Origin: Eubacteriaceae bacterium
Lineage (GTDB): Bacteria > Bacillota > Clostridia > Peptostreptococcales > Anaerovoracaceae
DNA: 64,000 nt
Assembly: GCA_022652985.1 (NCBI GenBank)
Contig: JALCRY010000006.1
Span: 284 to 64,283, forward strand
Direction: 5' to 3'
The position numbers and the translations under genes are program-made. The notes below the pieces were generated by a model, which was not told the DNA's origin, searched no databases, and saw only the letters and a list, made by a program, of their open reading frames with translations. This document shows positions 18,778 through 27,657 of this stretch, piece by piece. How positions within the stretch are numbered: the stretch's first letter is position 1; the number at the start of each line of letters is the position of its first letter.

Positions 18778-19769
18778 TTGTTCAGTATCCTTTCCAAGAT
18801 ATCGGTCAGAAGAAGGTTGAGACGTCCGCAGAACAGCTCGTTCCCGCTGCATACAGACAGATAGCCGCCTTCCTCTTCAGCATATTTTTCGTACGCAGAT
18901 ACATCGAGGCCCATTTTATCGAGATCTGCAAATTTCAGTCCCCGGTATTCCAGGAGTCTGATATCGATTTCAAATGAGTCATCGACGTCGGAGAAACGAT
19001 ACGCTATGCCGGTATCGTCTCCGTAATCCACCGCATTTACAGAAGCTGTATCCTGAGTGCCGCATACATTCAGAGCGGCGCCGTTGACATTGATGCGCTG
19101 CACAGTTGCCCGGCGTCCGCCTGATACGACAGGGAATCCCTGCGATGTCATAGCCGCATGCAGATCGGTTTTTTTCAGCACCTGTAAAAGTTTATATAAT
19201 TGTAACACATCATCGCTGTTGTGCAACAGAATTTGCCGTTTGAGTTCCGGGTCAGGAAATGTGACATATTCAAAATACAGAGAGACACTGTCGCCTCCGT
19301 CTATTTCATCTGTTCTGTCTGTCCACAGGCCGAGAAAATCCTCGACTGTCTTCTGCCTGAGATTAGGCATAAACTGCTTCAGAGGTGAATGCTTTCTTAT
19401 GACCGTATATAGATCGAGATCATATGGTTCGGGCCGGAGTTCCTCTCCGTAGTTATGCAGGCGGCTCCTGATAAAAGGCATATCAAAGGCGCGTCCGTTA
19501 TACGTGACGACCATGTCCAGATCCTGCAGGTCAGAAGCGGCAGCCCGAAGAACATCTTCCTCTTCTTCGGGAGTCTCGGCAAAGTACTGGATGAACGATG
19601 CAGAGCCGCCCTCCGGCAGAAGAAGGCCTATCAGGATGCAGGCGCAATTCGACCGCGACAGTCCGGTAGTTTCTATATCACATACGCCCCATTTCATGTT
19701 GCCGAAATATTGCAGGAACGGTTTATATGTGAATTGGGGGTATTCGATTCGTTTTCTAATAATATCCAT
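18765..19769 (-). CDS. RNase H-like/DEDD-fold predicted 3'-5' exonuclease (YprB-like) with an uncharacterised C-terminal ~140 aa
   Basis: 334 aa. Motifs CDIETTGL, VTYNGRAFDMPF and HNSDDV in the DnaQ-like order. Confidence 0.7.
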   Translation of the reverse strand: MDIIRKRIEYPQFTYKPFLQYFGNMKWGVCDIETTGLSRSNCACILIGLLLPEGGSASFIQYFAETPEEEEDVLRAAASDLQDLDMVVTYNGRAFDMPFIRSRLHNYGEELRPEPYDLDLYTVIRKHSPLKQFMPNLRQKTVEDFLGLWTDRTDEIDGGDSVSLYFEYVTFPDPELKRQILLHNSDDVLQLYKLLQVLKKTDLHAAMTSQGFPVVSGGRRATVQRINVNGAALNVCGTQDTASVNAVDYGDDTGIAYRFSDVDDSFEIDIRLLEYRGLKFADLDKMGLDVSAYEKYAEEEGGYLSVCSGNELFCGRLNLLLTDILERILNKWTI

Positions 19770-19800
19770 GAGGGTATTATACTACACTGAGGCACTTTTC

Positions 19801-19838
19801 AAAAAACAAAATAGACTGCTGTAACAGTCTATTTTGTT
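19801..19838 (-). terminator. Orphan intrinsic terminator-like hairpin (minus orientation) between divergent genes
   Basis: Perfect 14-bp stem AACAAAATAGACTG/CAGTCTATTTTGTT with a 6-nt loop. On the minus strand it runs into TTTTTTG. Confidence 0.6.
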
Positions 19839-20044
19839 CAAAAGGGGTATTGGGATTAGAGATTAATGAGGTTATCAGGGGGATAACCACACTCATAGTG
19901 TACAAGATTGTTAAGAAAAAATCAAGCGGTTTTCACTTTTATCGGAAACAAAAGAACAATAATGAATACACATAAAAATGTATTAATTTTTATGCATCTG
20001 AAAGTACTAAATTTCAAAACTACATATATTTAGATACATAAAAG

Positions 20045-20053
20045 TGGTATAAT
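20045..20053 (+). promoter_or_regulatory. Extended -10 promoter element upstream of proB
   Basis: TGGTATAAT, 43 nt upstream of the proB ATG. The -35 element is weak. Confidence 0.5.
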
Positions 20054-20095
20054 ATTTCTCATCGTAAATTTGCGAAAGGATAAAGGAACAGGGAA

Positions 20096-20899
20096 ATGAG
20101 TGCAATTACAGAGACTCTGCAGGACAGCAGAAAAATTGTCATTAAAGTCGGGAGCAATGTTATGTCAACTCCAGACGGGCATATAGACCGCGAGGCTGTC
20201 GGCAGCATAGTCGAACAGATAAATGTGATGGTGAACGATGGCAAACAGATCATCGTCGTCTCATCGGGAGCAGGAGCTTTCGGGGCGGGAGCAATCAATA
20301 AGCTCGTCCGCAGAAAGGATGTACACTATTATCAGGCGCTGTGCGCGATAGGGCAGGTGGAAATGATGATGGCGTACAAAGAGTTCTTTGGCAGAAACGG
20401 TACGCATGTCGCGCAGCTGCTTCTTACCAGGGATGATTTCGCCAATGAAGACAGGACACTGCATATAAGAAATACACTGTTTACGCTTATCGACGAAGGC
20501 ATCGTCCCTATTATCAATGAGAACGATACAGTCAGCGTAGATGAGATCAAGTCGATTGGCGACAACGATACACTCGGAGCTTTCACGGCTCAGCTCTGGA
20601 ATGCGGACTGCTATATAATATTATCGGATATCGATGGGGTATTCGATAAGAATCCTAAGGATCATGACGATGCTGAGCTGATCGAAGAAGTATACGACAT
20701 CGACGGGCTGCTGCAGGAGATAGATATTTCCGGCAAGAGCAGTTTCGGAACAGGCGGTATACATACAAAAATAGAAGCCGCGAGACATCTTGGCGTCTAC
20801 GGCATACCGACGCTGCTGCTCAACGGAGAAACTAAAGACGTAATACTGAAAGCGCGCAGCGGAGAAGTGTCGGGCACGGGATTTTTCTTTAACGATTAA
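20096..20899 (+). CDS. proB: Glutamate 5-kinase, short form without PUA domain
   Basis: 267 aa. VIKVGSNV...VVSSGA amino-acid kinase N-terminus, GDNDTLGA and GTGGIHTK motifs. Confidence 0.9.
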   Translation: MSAITETLQDSRKIVIKVGSNVMSTPDGHIDREAVGSIVEQINVMVNDGKQIIVVSSGAGAFGAGAINKLVRRKDVHYYQALCAIGQVEMMMAYKEFFGRNGTHVAQLLLTRDDFANEDRTLHIRNTLFTLIDEGIVPIINENDTVSVDEIKSIGDNDTLGAFTAQLWNADCYIILSDIDGVFDKNPKDHDDAELIEEVYDIDGLLQEIDISGKSSFGTGGIHTKIEAARHLGVYGIPTLLLNGETKDVILKARSGEVSGTGFFFND

Positions 20900-20927
20900 C
20901 GGAATCGGCTACAGGAGGCATTGTGAT

Positions 20928-21734
20928 ATGAAGATAGGTTTTTTAGGAACAGGTAATATGGGCGGCGCGATCATGCGCGGCTACGGAAAAGATGCGGAAA
21001 AAAACGGCGATAAGCTGCTGGCATATAACAGAACCAGAGAAAAGCTGGAAGCCGCATGTGCGGAATCAGGTGCAGAACCGGTGAATTCAATGAAAGAGCT
21101 CATCGAAGGCAGCGATATTGTGGTACTGGCCATGGAGCCGAAAACCATAAGGAGCATGATCGATGAGATAGCGGCAGACTTTTCCGCCGGCAAGCTTCTG
21201 GTTTCAGTTGCGGCAGGCATAGCTATCGGTTTCTTCGAGGAGCACCTCGGAGAAGACGCGATGATAGTGCGCGTTATGCCTAATATGGCTGTGAAGATCG
21301 GAGAAGGGATGACATCGGTCAGCAGAAATACGAAGGTGACCGACAGGTCGTTCACCAAGGTACTGCAGATATTTGAAGGTGTAGGCCGTGCAGAAGAAGT
21401 CGATGAGGATATGATCGATACTGTCATAGGCGTATCGGGAAGCAGCCCGGCGTATACCTATATGTATTTAGATGCTCTGGCGAGGGCGGCTGAAAAGAAC
21501 GGCATGGAGTATGATCAGGCGCTTCGTTTTGCAGCTCAGGCTGTGATCGGTGCGGCGAAGTTTGCGCTTACATCGGACGAATCGCTCGATGACCTCAGGA
21601 AGGCAATGTGTACCGAAGGAGGAACGACGATAGAGGCCTATAAGGTACTGGCAGCCAATGGTTTTGCGGCTGATGCAGCAGAGGGATTCCAGGCCGCAGT
21701 AGACAGGTCGAGGGAAATGACGAAAGGAAAATAG
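20928..21734 (+). CDS. proC: Pyrroline-5-carboxylate reductase
   Basis: 268 aa. MKIGFLGTGNMGGAI Rossmann start and the GSSPAY...TEGGTTI ProC signature. Confidence 0.92.
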   Translation: MKIGFLGTGNMGGAIMRGYGKDAEKNGDKLLAYNRTREKLEAACAESGAEPVNSMKELIEGSDIVVLAMEPKTIRSMIDEIAADFSAGKLLVSVAAGIAIGFFEEHLGEDAMIVRVMPNMAVKIGEGMTSVSRNTKVTDRSFTKVLQIFEGVGRAEEVDEDMIDTVIGVSGSSPAYTYMYLDALARAAEKNGMEYDQALRFAAQAVIGAAKFALTSDESLDDLRKAMCTEGGTTIEAYKVLAANGFAADAAEGFQAAVDRSREMTKGK

Positions 21735-21738
21735 CAGG

Positions 21739-22284
21739 ATGAAGCCTTTTGAAGAAAAAACACTTGAAACAGAAAGAATATATGAAGGCAGGGTCATCAA
21801 TCTCAGAAAAGATAAAGTCACGGTGCGTGACGGAAGAACATCATGGCGCGAGGTCGTAGAGAACAACGGCGGGGCAGTCGCGGTCGCCGTTACTGCAGAA
21901 GGCGAACTTATCATGGTGCGCCAGTTCAGGAAACCGTTCGACAGAGTGATGCTTGAGGTCCCGGCCGGAAAAATCGAGCCGGGAGAGGATCCCGACAATA
22001 CTGTAAGGCGCGAGCTGAGGGAAGAAACGGGATTCACGGCGGATTCCTACGAACTTCTCGCGGAGATGTTCCCGTCGGTCGGATATACTACGGAGAGACT
22101 ATTTATATATCTCTGCACGGGCCTGCACAAAGGAGATACCGATTTCGACTATAACGAATCTATCGAGATCTATAAATATGATTTTGAAAAAATTTATCAG
22201 GACGTGATCGACGGCAAAATACATGATGGGAAAACGATTGCGGGGGTGCTTCTTGCCGCCCCTAAAGTGAGATCATTATTGTAA
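21739..22284 (+). CDS. NUDIX hydrolase (ADP-ribose pyrophosphatase-like)
   Basis: 181 aa. Nudix box GKIEPGEDPDNTVRRELREETG. Confidence 0.88.
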   Translation: MKPFEEKTLETERIYEGRVINLRKDKVTVRDGRTSWREVVENNGGAVAVAVTAEGELIMVRQFRKPFDRVMLEVPAGKIEPGEDPDNTVRRELREETGFTADSYELLAEMFPSVGYTTERLFIYLCTGLHKGDTDFDYNESIEIYKYDFEKIYQDVIDGKIHDGKTIAGVLLAAPKVRSLL

Positions 22285-22343
22285 ACCCGCAAGGAATAAT
22301 GTATACTTTAACATGTTATTCTTAAAGGTCATCGGAGGGGAAA

Positions 22344-23225
22344 TTGTACTTAGACGGTTTTATTGATTATCTGCGTACGGAGAAACGGCGCTCTTCAAAT
22401 ACTCAGGAGGCATACAGACGCGATTATCTGAATTTTGAAGAATACATGAAGACTAAAAGCATATACGATCTTAAAGACGTGTCCAACACCGAGATCGTAT
22501 CATATCTGTATAAGCTCAAGGATGAGGGCAAGTCGGCGGCTACGGTCAACCGGAAACTTGCTTCGCTGAGGGCTCTTTATACTTATATGAAAAAAGAGGG
22601 CATAGTCAGCCGTGATCCTACTGAGGGCATTAAATCTCCGCGAGTGGGCAGAAAAGAAATCGAATATCTGACGATCGAAGAGGTTGATTCTCTTCTCGCA
22701 CTTCCGGATGACAGCGTGAAGGGCAAGAGAGATAAAGCGATTCTGGAACTTCTTTATGCCACAGGCATCAGAGTGAATGAACTGGTGGCGACAGATGTGG
22801 AGGACATCAACCTGAGGATCGGTTTTTATACCTGCAATGGCGATGCAGGGAAAGCCCGCATCATACCTATAGGGAAACCGGCGAGAAGAGCTGTCGAAGA
22901 TTATATCTTCAACAGCAGAGATATTTTGCTGAAAGAAAACGAAGATGAGAAAGCGCTTTTTGTGAATTATTACGGCGGCCGCATGACGAGACAGGGACTC
23001 TGGAAGCTGCTGAAGGCTTACGGGGATAAAGCGGGCCTCGGCGACAGACTGACGCCTCACACTCTGCGCAATTCTTTCGCTGTGCATATGCTTCAGAACG
23101 GGGCTGACCTGAAGTCGCTCCAGGAGCTTATGGGGCATGAGGATCTGACGGCGACGCAGATCTATCTGTCCGTTACGAGGCACAGGATAAAAGACGTTTA
23201 TGACAGGACCCACCCACGGGCATGA
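22344..23225 (+). CDS. xerD: Site-specific tyrosine recombinase XerD (TTG start)
   Basis: 293 aa. Catalytic pattern ATGIRVNEL, HTLRNSFA, GHEDL, QIY and the C-terminal YDRTHPRA tail typical of XerD. SD GGAGGGG. Confidence 0.85.
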   Translation: MYLDGFIDYLRTEKRRSSNTQEAYRRDYLNFEEYMKTKSIYDLKDVSNTEIVSYLYKLKDEGKSAATVNRKLASLRALYTYMKKEGIVSRDPTEGIKSPRVGRKEIEYLTIEEVDSLLALPDDSVKGKRDKAILELLYATGIRVNELVATDVEDINLRIGFYTCNGDAGKARIIPIGKPARRAVEDYIFNSRDILLKENEDEKALFVNYYGGRMTRQGLWKLLKAYGDKAGLGDRLTPHTLRNSFAVHMLQNGADLKSLQELMGHEDLTATQIYLSVTRHRIKDVYDRTHPRA

Positions 23226-23241
23226 ATCGGGAGTTGGAAAT

Positions 23242-24351
23242 ATGAATCTGCAGTTCTGGCAGGTGCTCATAGTGTATTTCTGCGCGTTTGCAGTAACAAT
23301 GCTTCTTGTACCTGTTTCAATAAAGATAGCTGAAAAAACAGGAGGTATGGATGTACCGACCGACAACAGGCGGGTGCACACTCATCCTATCCCGAGACTG
23401 GGCGGCATGGCGATATTCCTCGGCACTATGGCGGCGATACTTTTTGCTTTGGCTTTCCACTGGCTGGCCGGCGGAAAAGCGCCGATATCGCCGATGAAGA
23501 TGGTCGGCGTGATGATAGGCGGATGCCTGATCTGGCTCGAGGGGACTATTGACGACTACAAAAATCTCAAACCGGCCGTGAAGCTGATAGCGCAGGTCGG
23601 CTGCGCCAGTGTGGTTGCTGCGTTCGGAGACAGCATCCAGGTACTCCATAACTATTTCGGGACCGGGGCTTTCGATCTGGCAAATGCGACGTCGTTCATA
23701 CTTACAGTAATATGGATCGTGGCGATTACAAATACGATCAATCTCGTGGACGGAGTCGACGGACTGGCCGCGGGGCTTGTCGCGATCGGATCATTATGTA
23801 TAGCATATGTAGCGTACATATTTGGATATTATCCCGGCTGTCTCTGTCTTATGGCAGTAGCGGGAGGCGCGCTGGGGTTCCTGCCTTATAATTTCTATCC
23901 CGCAAAAACTTTTATGGGAGACGGCGGATCGCAGTTCCTGGGCTTCATGGTAGCGGCGCTTTCGATACTGCAGCCGGTCAAGAGTACGACGATAGTAGCT
24001 CTTCTCATTCCGGCGCTGGTGCTGGCGCTGCCGATCTTCGACACGCTGTTTGCGATCATCAGAAGGAAAATCAACGGACAGCCGATCATGAAAGCGGACA
24101 AGGGACATATACATCACAGGCTGATGAGAGCCGGTTTCGGGCAGCGCAGAACTGTTTTGATCCTGTACGGAATGGCCGGAGTAATGGGCGTTGCGGCGGT
24201 GCTGTTCAGCAGAGGACTGTACGTCGAATGCTGCGGGCTGGGTGCTGTGGCGTTTCTGTTCCTGATAATCGTACTTACTGACAGAAACAAAATCAGACCG
24301 GAACTGAAAGACCCGACAATAGTGATACATAAAGAAGACGAAAACAAATAA
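23242..24351 (+). CDS. Glycosyltransferase family 4 polyprenyl-phosphate sugar-1-phosphate transferase (WecA/TagO/MraY-like)
   Basis: Start moved to MNLQFW (23242). Polytopic membrane protein with HTHPIPRLGG, NLVDGVDGLA and MGDGGSQFLGF motifs. Confidence 0.85.
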   Translation: MNLQFWQVLIVYFCAFAVTMLLVPVSIKIAEKTGGMDVPTDNRRVHTHPIPRLGGMAIFLGTMAAILFALAFHWLAGGKAPISPMKMVGVMIGGCLIWLEGTIDDYKNLKPAVKLIAQVGCASVVAAFGDSIQVLHNYFGTGAFDLANATSFILTVIWIVAITNTINLVDGVDGLAAGLVAIGSLCIAYVAYIFGYYPGCLCLMAVAGGALGFLPYNFYPAKTFMGDGGSQFLGFMVAALSILQPVKSTTIVALLIPALVLALPIFDTLFAIIRRKINGQPIMKADKGHIHHRLMRAGFGQRRTVLILYGMAGVMGVAAVLFSRGLYVECCGLGAVAFLFLIIVLTDRNKIRPELKDPTIVIHKEDENK

Positions 24352-24374
24352 TTCATAATTATTAGAACATATAT

Positions 24375-24415
24375 AAAGGCCAATGTGAATAAAAGGTGAA
24401 CATTGGCCTTTTTTC
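24375..24415 (+). terminator. Rho-independent terminator
   Basis: AAAGGCCAATGT/ACATTGGCCTTT stem followed by TTTT. Confidence 0.8.
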
Positions 24416-24481
24416 TTGCCTGAAATGTGACCAAATGGTAATATTCTGACAGTGTTAATTAAGAAAGAGGACTTTGATCAC

Positions 24482-25318
24482 ATGAATAAGAAATTAATAA
24501 TCGTAATCATGATACTATTCGCTGCAGCTGTATGTTTGGCATTTCCTGCGGACAGTCTGGCGGCGGAAGCGAAAATCACAAGTACTACTCAGGCACAGAG
24601 CACTGCGAAAAATCTTGAAGCAGTGAGCAACATCACATGGGAAGTAGGAAAAACCAGCAGGCAGATCATTCTGAGATGGGATGCCGTGGAAGGCGCTGAA
24701 GGATATACAGTATATAAGGCAGCGGCTTCGTCAGAAGAATATACAAAAGTTAAATCCGTGACGGGTACAAGATGCACTGTTACAGGTCTGAAAAAAGGTA
24801 AGGCATACAAGTTCGCTGTGAAGGCGCAGGTTTCATATGAAGGCGCTGTGTTCATGTCACAGTCGCAGGCTGAGAAAACCGTTACAACACCTAAGATATT
24901 AAAGAGAAGCACAAAGGGCTTTGAAAATACGAACGCCTGCAAAGTTCTGAGGACTGCGAAGAAAAAGCTCGGCTGTGCCTATGTTTACGGAGCGGCAGGC
25001 CCGAACGCATTTGACTGCAGCGGATACGTGTATTACGTATACAAACATGTCAGCGGCATCAAGCATGTTGCCAGGACATCGGCGCAGGGCCTTTACAGCG
25101 GCTACAGATCATATTATGTCGGAAATACACTGAGCTGTGCTCAGCCGGGAGACATTATGCTCTTCAACCATGGAAGCGGCAGTTCGATAACACATGCGGC
25201 TATCTACTGGGGCAACGGCAAGATCATCCATGCGTCAGATCCGAGCACAGGAGTCATCCTCGGCGAGATCGGCTCATACAGACATCTCGTAGCTGTTATG
25301 AGAGTATCGGGACTCTAA
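24482..25318 (+). CDS. Secreted cell-wall hydrolase: signal peptide, fibronectin type III-like domain, NlpC/P60 (C40) domain
   Basis: Start at MNKKLIIVIMILFAAAV (24482). WDAVEGAEGYTVYK Fn3-like motif. Catalytic FDCSGYVYYVY ... H ... H of NlpC/P60. Confidence 0.85.
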   Translation: MNKKLIIVIMILFAAAVCLAFPADSLAAEAKITSTTQAQSTAKNLEAVSNITWEVGKTSRQIILRWDAVEGAEGYTVYKAAASSEEYTKVKSVTGTRCTVTGLKKGKAYKFAVKAQVSYEGAVFMSQSQAEKTVTTPKILKRSTKGFENTNACKVLRTAKKKLGCAYVYGAAGPNAFDCSGYVYYVYKHVSGIKHVARTSAQGLYSGYRSYYVGNTLSCAQPGDIMLFNHGSGSSITHAAIYWGNGKIIHASDPSTGVILGEIGSYRHLVAVMRVSGL

Positions 25319-25345
25319 AGAAAACTACAGACAGGATATAAGCAG

Positions 25346-25369
25346 GCCGGTGGATAACCACCGGCTTTT
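25346..25369 (+). terminator. Rho-independent terminator
   Basis: GCCGGTGG-ATAA-CCACCGGC followed by TTTT. Confidence 0.85.
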
Positions 25370-25383
25370 CAGCGATAAAATTC

Positions 25384-25412
25384 TTGCAATGGCTGAAATC
25401 CTGTGTTATACT
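25384..25412 (+). promoter_or_regulatory. rplS promoter, followed by a ~75-nt structured leader
   Basis: TTGCAA, 17-nt spacer, TATACT. The leader contains the hairpin GGCATCAACCGAACGGAATGCC. It may be an L19 autoregulatory leader, but I could not verify this by eye. Confidence 0.5.
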
Positions 25413-25492
25413 TCTTAAGTTACTACGGGCGGTCCTCTGGGCATCAACCGAACGGAATGCCATGAACGTCTATGAGGGAAGGAGGAATACCA

Positions 25493-26056
25493 ATGGATAT
25501 TTTGAATGCTATAACTGATGAATACAAAAAGAATGATATCCCTGATTTTCATGTTGGTGATACTGTAAGAGTACACATCAAGATCAAGGAAGGTTCAAGA
25601 GAAAGGATCCAGATCTTCGAAGGTTTTGTACTTAAGAGACAGAACGGCGGAGTCAGCGAGACTTTCACTGTCAGGAGAATAGCTTCCGGCGTAGGTGTTG
25701 AAAAGACATTCCCGATACATTCACCGAGAATCGAGAAAATCGAGATCGTGAAGAGAGGCGAAGTCAGAAGAGCTAAGCTCAACTACATGCGCAGCAGGAC
25801 AGGTAAGTCTGCCAAGATCAAGGGCAGGATCCTGACTGACGAGCAGCTCGCTGCCGAGAAGGCGGCTATCGAAGCCGAAAGACAGGAAAGAGCGGCGGCG
25901 ATAGAAGCAGAAGCGGCTGCAGCAAAGAAGGCAGCTGAAGAAGCGGCTGCAGCGGAAGCTGCTGCAGAAGAAGCACCGGCGGCTGAAGAAGCACCGGCTG
26001 AAGCAGTTGAAGAGACTGCTCCTGCTGAAGAAGCGGCTCCGGCAGATGCTGAGTAA
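25493..26056 (+). CDS. rplS: 50S ribosomal protein L19 with a 73-aa Ala/Glu/Pro-rich C-terminal extension
   Basis: Start at MDILNAI (SD GGAGGAA). Canonical L19 core to about residue 114 ([10 protein letters not shown]...[23 protein letters not shown]), then a low-complexity tail (25835-26053). Confidence 0.92.
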   Translation: MDILNAITDEYKKNDIPDFHVGDTVRVHIKIKEGSRERIQIFEGFVLKRQNGGVSETFTVRRIASGVGVEKTFPIHSPRIEKIEIVKRGEVRRAKLNYMRSRTGKSAKIKGRILTDEQLAAEKAAIEAERQERAAAIEAEAAAAKKAAEEAAAAEAAAEEAPAAEEAPAEAVEETAPAEEAAPADAE

Positions 26057-26072
26057 TCAAGAAGCAAAACGA

Positions 26073-26103
26073 GTGGAGGCCATATTGGGTCTCCGCTTTT
26101 TTT
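26073..26103 (+). terminator. Rho-independent terminator after rplS
   Basis: GTGGAGGCC/GGTCTCCGC stem followed by TTTTTTT. Confidence 0.8.
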
Positions 26104-26132
26104 ATGGTATACTGTGGGACAGGAGGCGCTAA

Positions 26133-26984
26133 ATGATAGACAATATCAACTGGTATCCCGGCCATATGAAAAAAACACGGGAACTGATAACTGAATATCT
26201 GAAAGCGGTCGATGTAGTCATAGAAGTCATTGATGCGCGTATTCCGAGATCCAGCAGAAATCCGATAATCGATGAGATAACCGCGAGGAAGCCGAGGATA
26301 ATTGCCCTCAACAAGAGCGACCTGGCTGATGAAAAAGAGAATGCTTTATGGATGAAAAAACTTTCAGGCGGCGGAACGGCGGCGGTACAGACGAACTGTG
26401 CGCTGGGCGGCGGCATCAAGACATTGACGGGAGAACTCATAAAACATCAGACGGAGAAAAACGAGCTGAAGGGCAATCTTAAACCGCTCAGGATGATGAT
26501 CGTAGGAGTGCCGAACGTGGGTAAATCTTCTCTTATCAACAGACTGACCGGCAAAAAAAGCACGCAGGTCGGAGATAAACCGGGCGTGACAAGAGGCAAA
26601 CAGTGGCTGACGCTGAAGAACGGCATGCAGCTGCTCGATACTCCGGGAATACTGTGGCCGAAATTCGAGGACCCGCAGGTCGGACTGTATCTGGCTTTCT
26701 GCGGATCTATAAGAGATGAAATACTGGATACGGGAGATCTTTCATTTGAGCTGGTAAAAATTCTGGCCGCGGATTATCCTGATCTTCTGATGAAGAGATA
26801 TAAACTTGACAGTCTGGCGGAGGATCCGCTGCAGATCCTGGATGATATAGCGCTGAAAAGAGGCTTCATCATGTCGGGAAAGCGCATCGACTATGAGAGG
26901 ACCGGCAGGACCATACTGGATGAATTCCGCGCCGGCATGATAGGGCATATTACTCTGGAGAAAGCAGTGGAGCAGAATGACTAA
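26133..26984 (+). CDS. rbgA: Ribosome biogenesis GTPase A (YlqF/RbgA)
   Basis: 283 aa. WYPGHMKK start and circularly permuted GTPase motifs (NKSDL ... GVPNVGKSSLIN ... DTPG). Confidence 0.92.
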   Translation: MIDNINWYPGHMKKTRELITEYLKAVDVVIEVIDARIPRSSRNPIIDEITARKPRIIALNKSDLADEKENALWMKKLSGGGTAAVQTNCALGGGIKTLTGELIKHQTEKNELKGNLKPLRMMIVGVPNVGKSSLINRLTGKKSTQVGDKPGVTRGKQWLTLKNGMQLLDTPGILWPKFEDPQVGLYLAFCGSIRDEILDTGDLSFELVKILAADYPDLLMKRYKLDSLAEDPLQILDDIALKRGFIMSGKRIDYERTGRTILDEFRAGMIGHITLEKAVEQND

Positions 26985-27639
26985 GGCGGAAAGAGAAGAG
27001 ATGCTGCGCGTAAAACTACAGGCGATGAAGCGGTATGAAAACGAGCTTTACGCTGCGGGTGCGCATTATATCGGAGGTGTGGATGAAGTGGGAAGAGGAC
27101 CGCTCGCGGGGCCGGTCGTGGCGGCCTGCGTCATTCTGCCTGAGGATTTCGATGTCATAGGCGTCGACGATTCCAAGAAACTTTCTGAAAAAAAGAGGAA
27201 TGAACTTGCGCCGGTCATCAGAGAGCGGGCTCTGGCATACGGACTGGGGATGGCCGATGAAAAAGTGATCGACAGCATAAACATTCTCGAAGCCACCAAA
27301 GGAGCTATGAGAGCGGCTGTCGCGAAAGCGGAAAAGATGCTGCTGGAGCGCGCGGGAGCGGGGATAGATCATGTACTGTTCGATGCTGTCACGATAGAGG
27401 ATCTCGGGAAAGAACAGACGGCCATCATAAAGGGCGATGCAAAGAGCGTTTCAATAGCCGCCGCTTCGATATTCGCGAAAGTGACGCGTGACGCCATGAT
27501 GGTCGAGTATGCGAAGCAATATCCCGGATATTCTTTTGAGAGCAATAAGGGATACGGCACCAGAGCGCATTTTGAAGGCATAGAGAAACTCGGACTTTGC
27601 CCGATACACAGGCGGTCATTCCTCACAAAATATATATAG
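26977..27639 (+). CDS. rnhB: Ribonuclease HII
   Basis: 220 aa. GVDEVGRGPLAGPVV and DDSKKLS motifs. Overlaps the rbgA stop. Confidence 0.92.
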   Translation: MTKAEREEMLRVKLQAMKRYENELYAAGAHYIGGVDEVGRGPLAGPVVAACVILPEDFDVIGVDDSKKLSEKKRNELAPVIRERALAYGLGMADEKVIDSINILEATKGAMRAAVAKAEKMLLERAGAGIDHVLFDAVTIEDLGKEQTAIIKGDAKSVSIAAASIFAKVTRDAMMVEYAKQYPGYSFESNKGYGTRAHFEGIEKLGLCPIHRRSFLTKYI

Positions 27640-27657
27640 TCACTACAGGAGAAAGCC

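Noticed and set aside
19850-20095. T-box or other amino-acid-responsive leader upstream of proB
   Set aside because: There is no T-box sequence (compare AAAGGTGGTACCGCGG at 29361), no specifier-type stem I and no terminator immediately before proB. The region is AT-rich with only small hairpins.
22344-23225. Tyrosine recombinase considered as a phage or ICE integrase marking a mobile element
   Set aside because: Its size (293 aa) and C-terminal ...YDRTHPRA tail fit chromosomal XerD. It sits in a nudix-xerD housekeeping context, and there are no flanking repeats or phage, conjugation or cargo genes.
25783-26165. Ala/Ser-rich and Leu/Gln/Pro-rich minus-strand ORFs (25783-26067, 25866-26165); also the GAAGC-repeat DNA considered as a possible CRISPR or tandem-repeat array
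   Set aside because: They are mirror images of the in-frame Ala/Glu tail of rplS. The repeats are short, degenerate, coding and lack spacer structure, so they are not a CRISPR array or a non-coding satellite.
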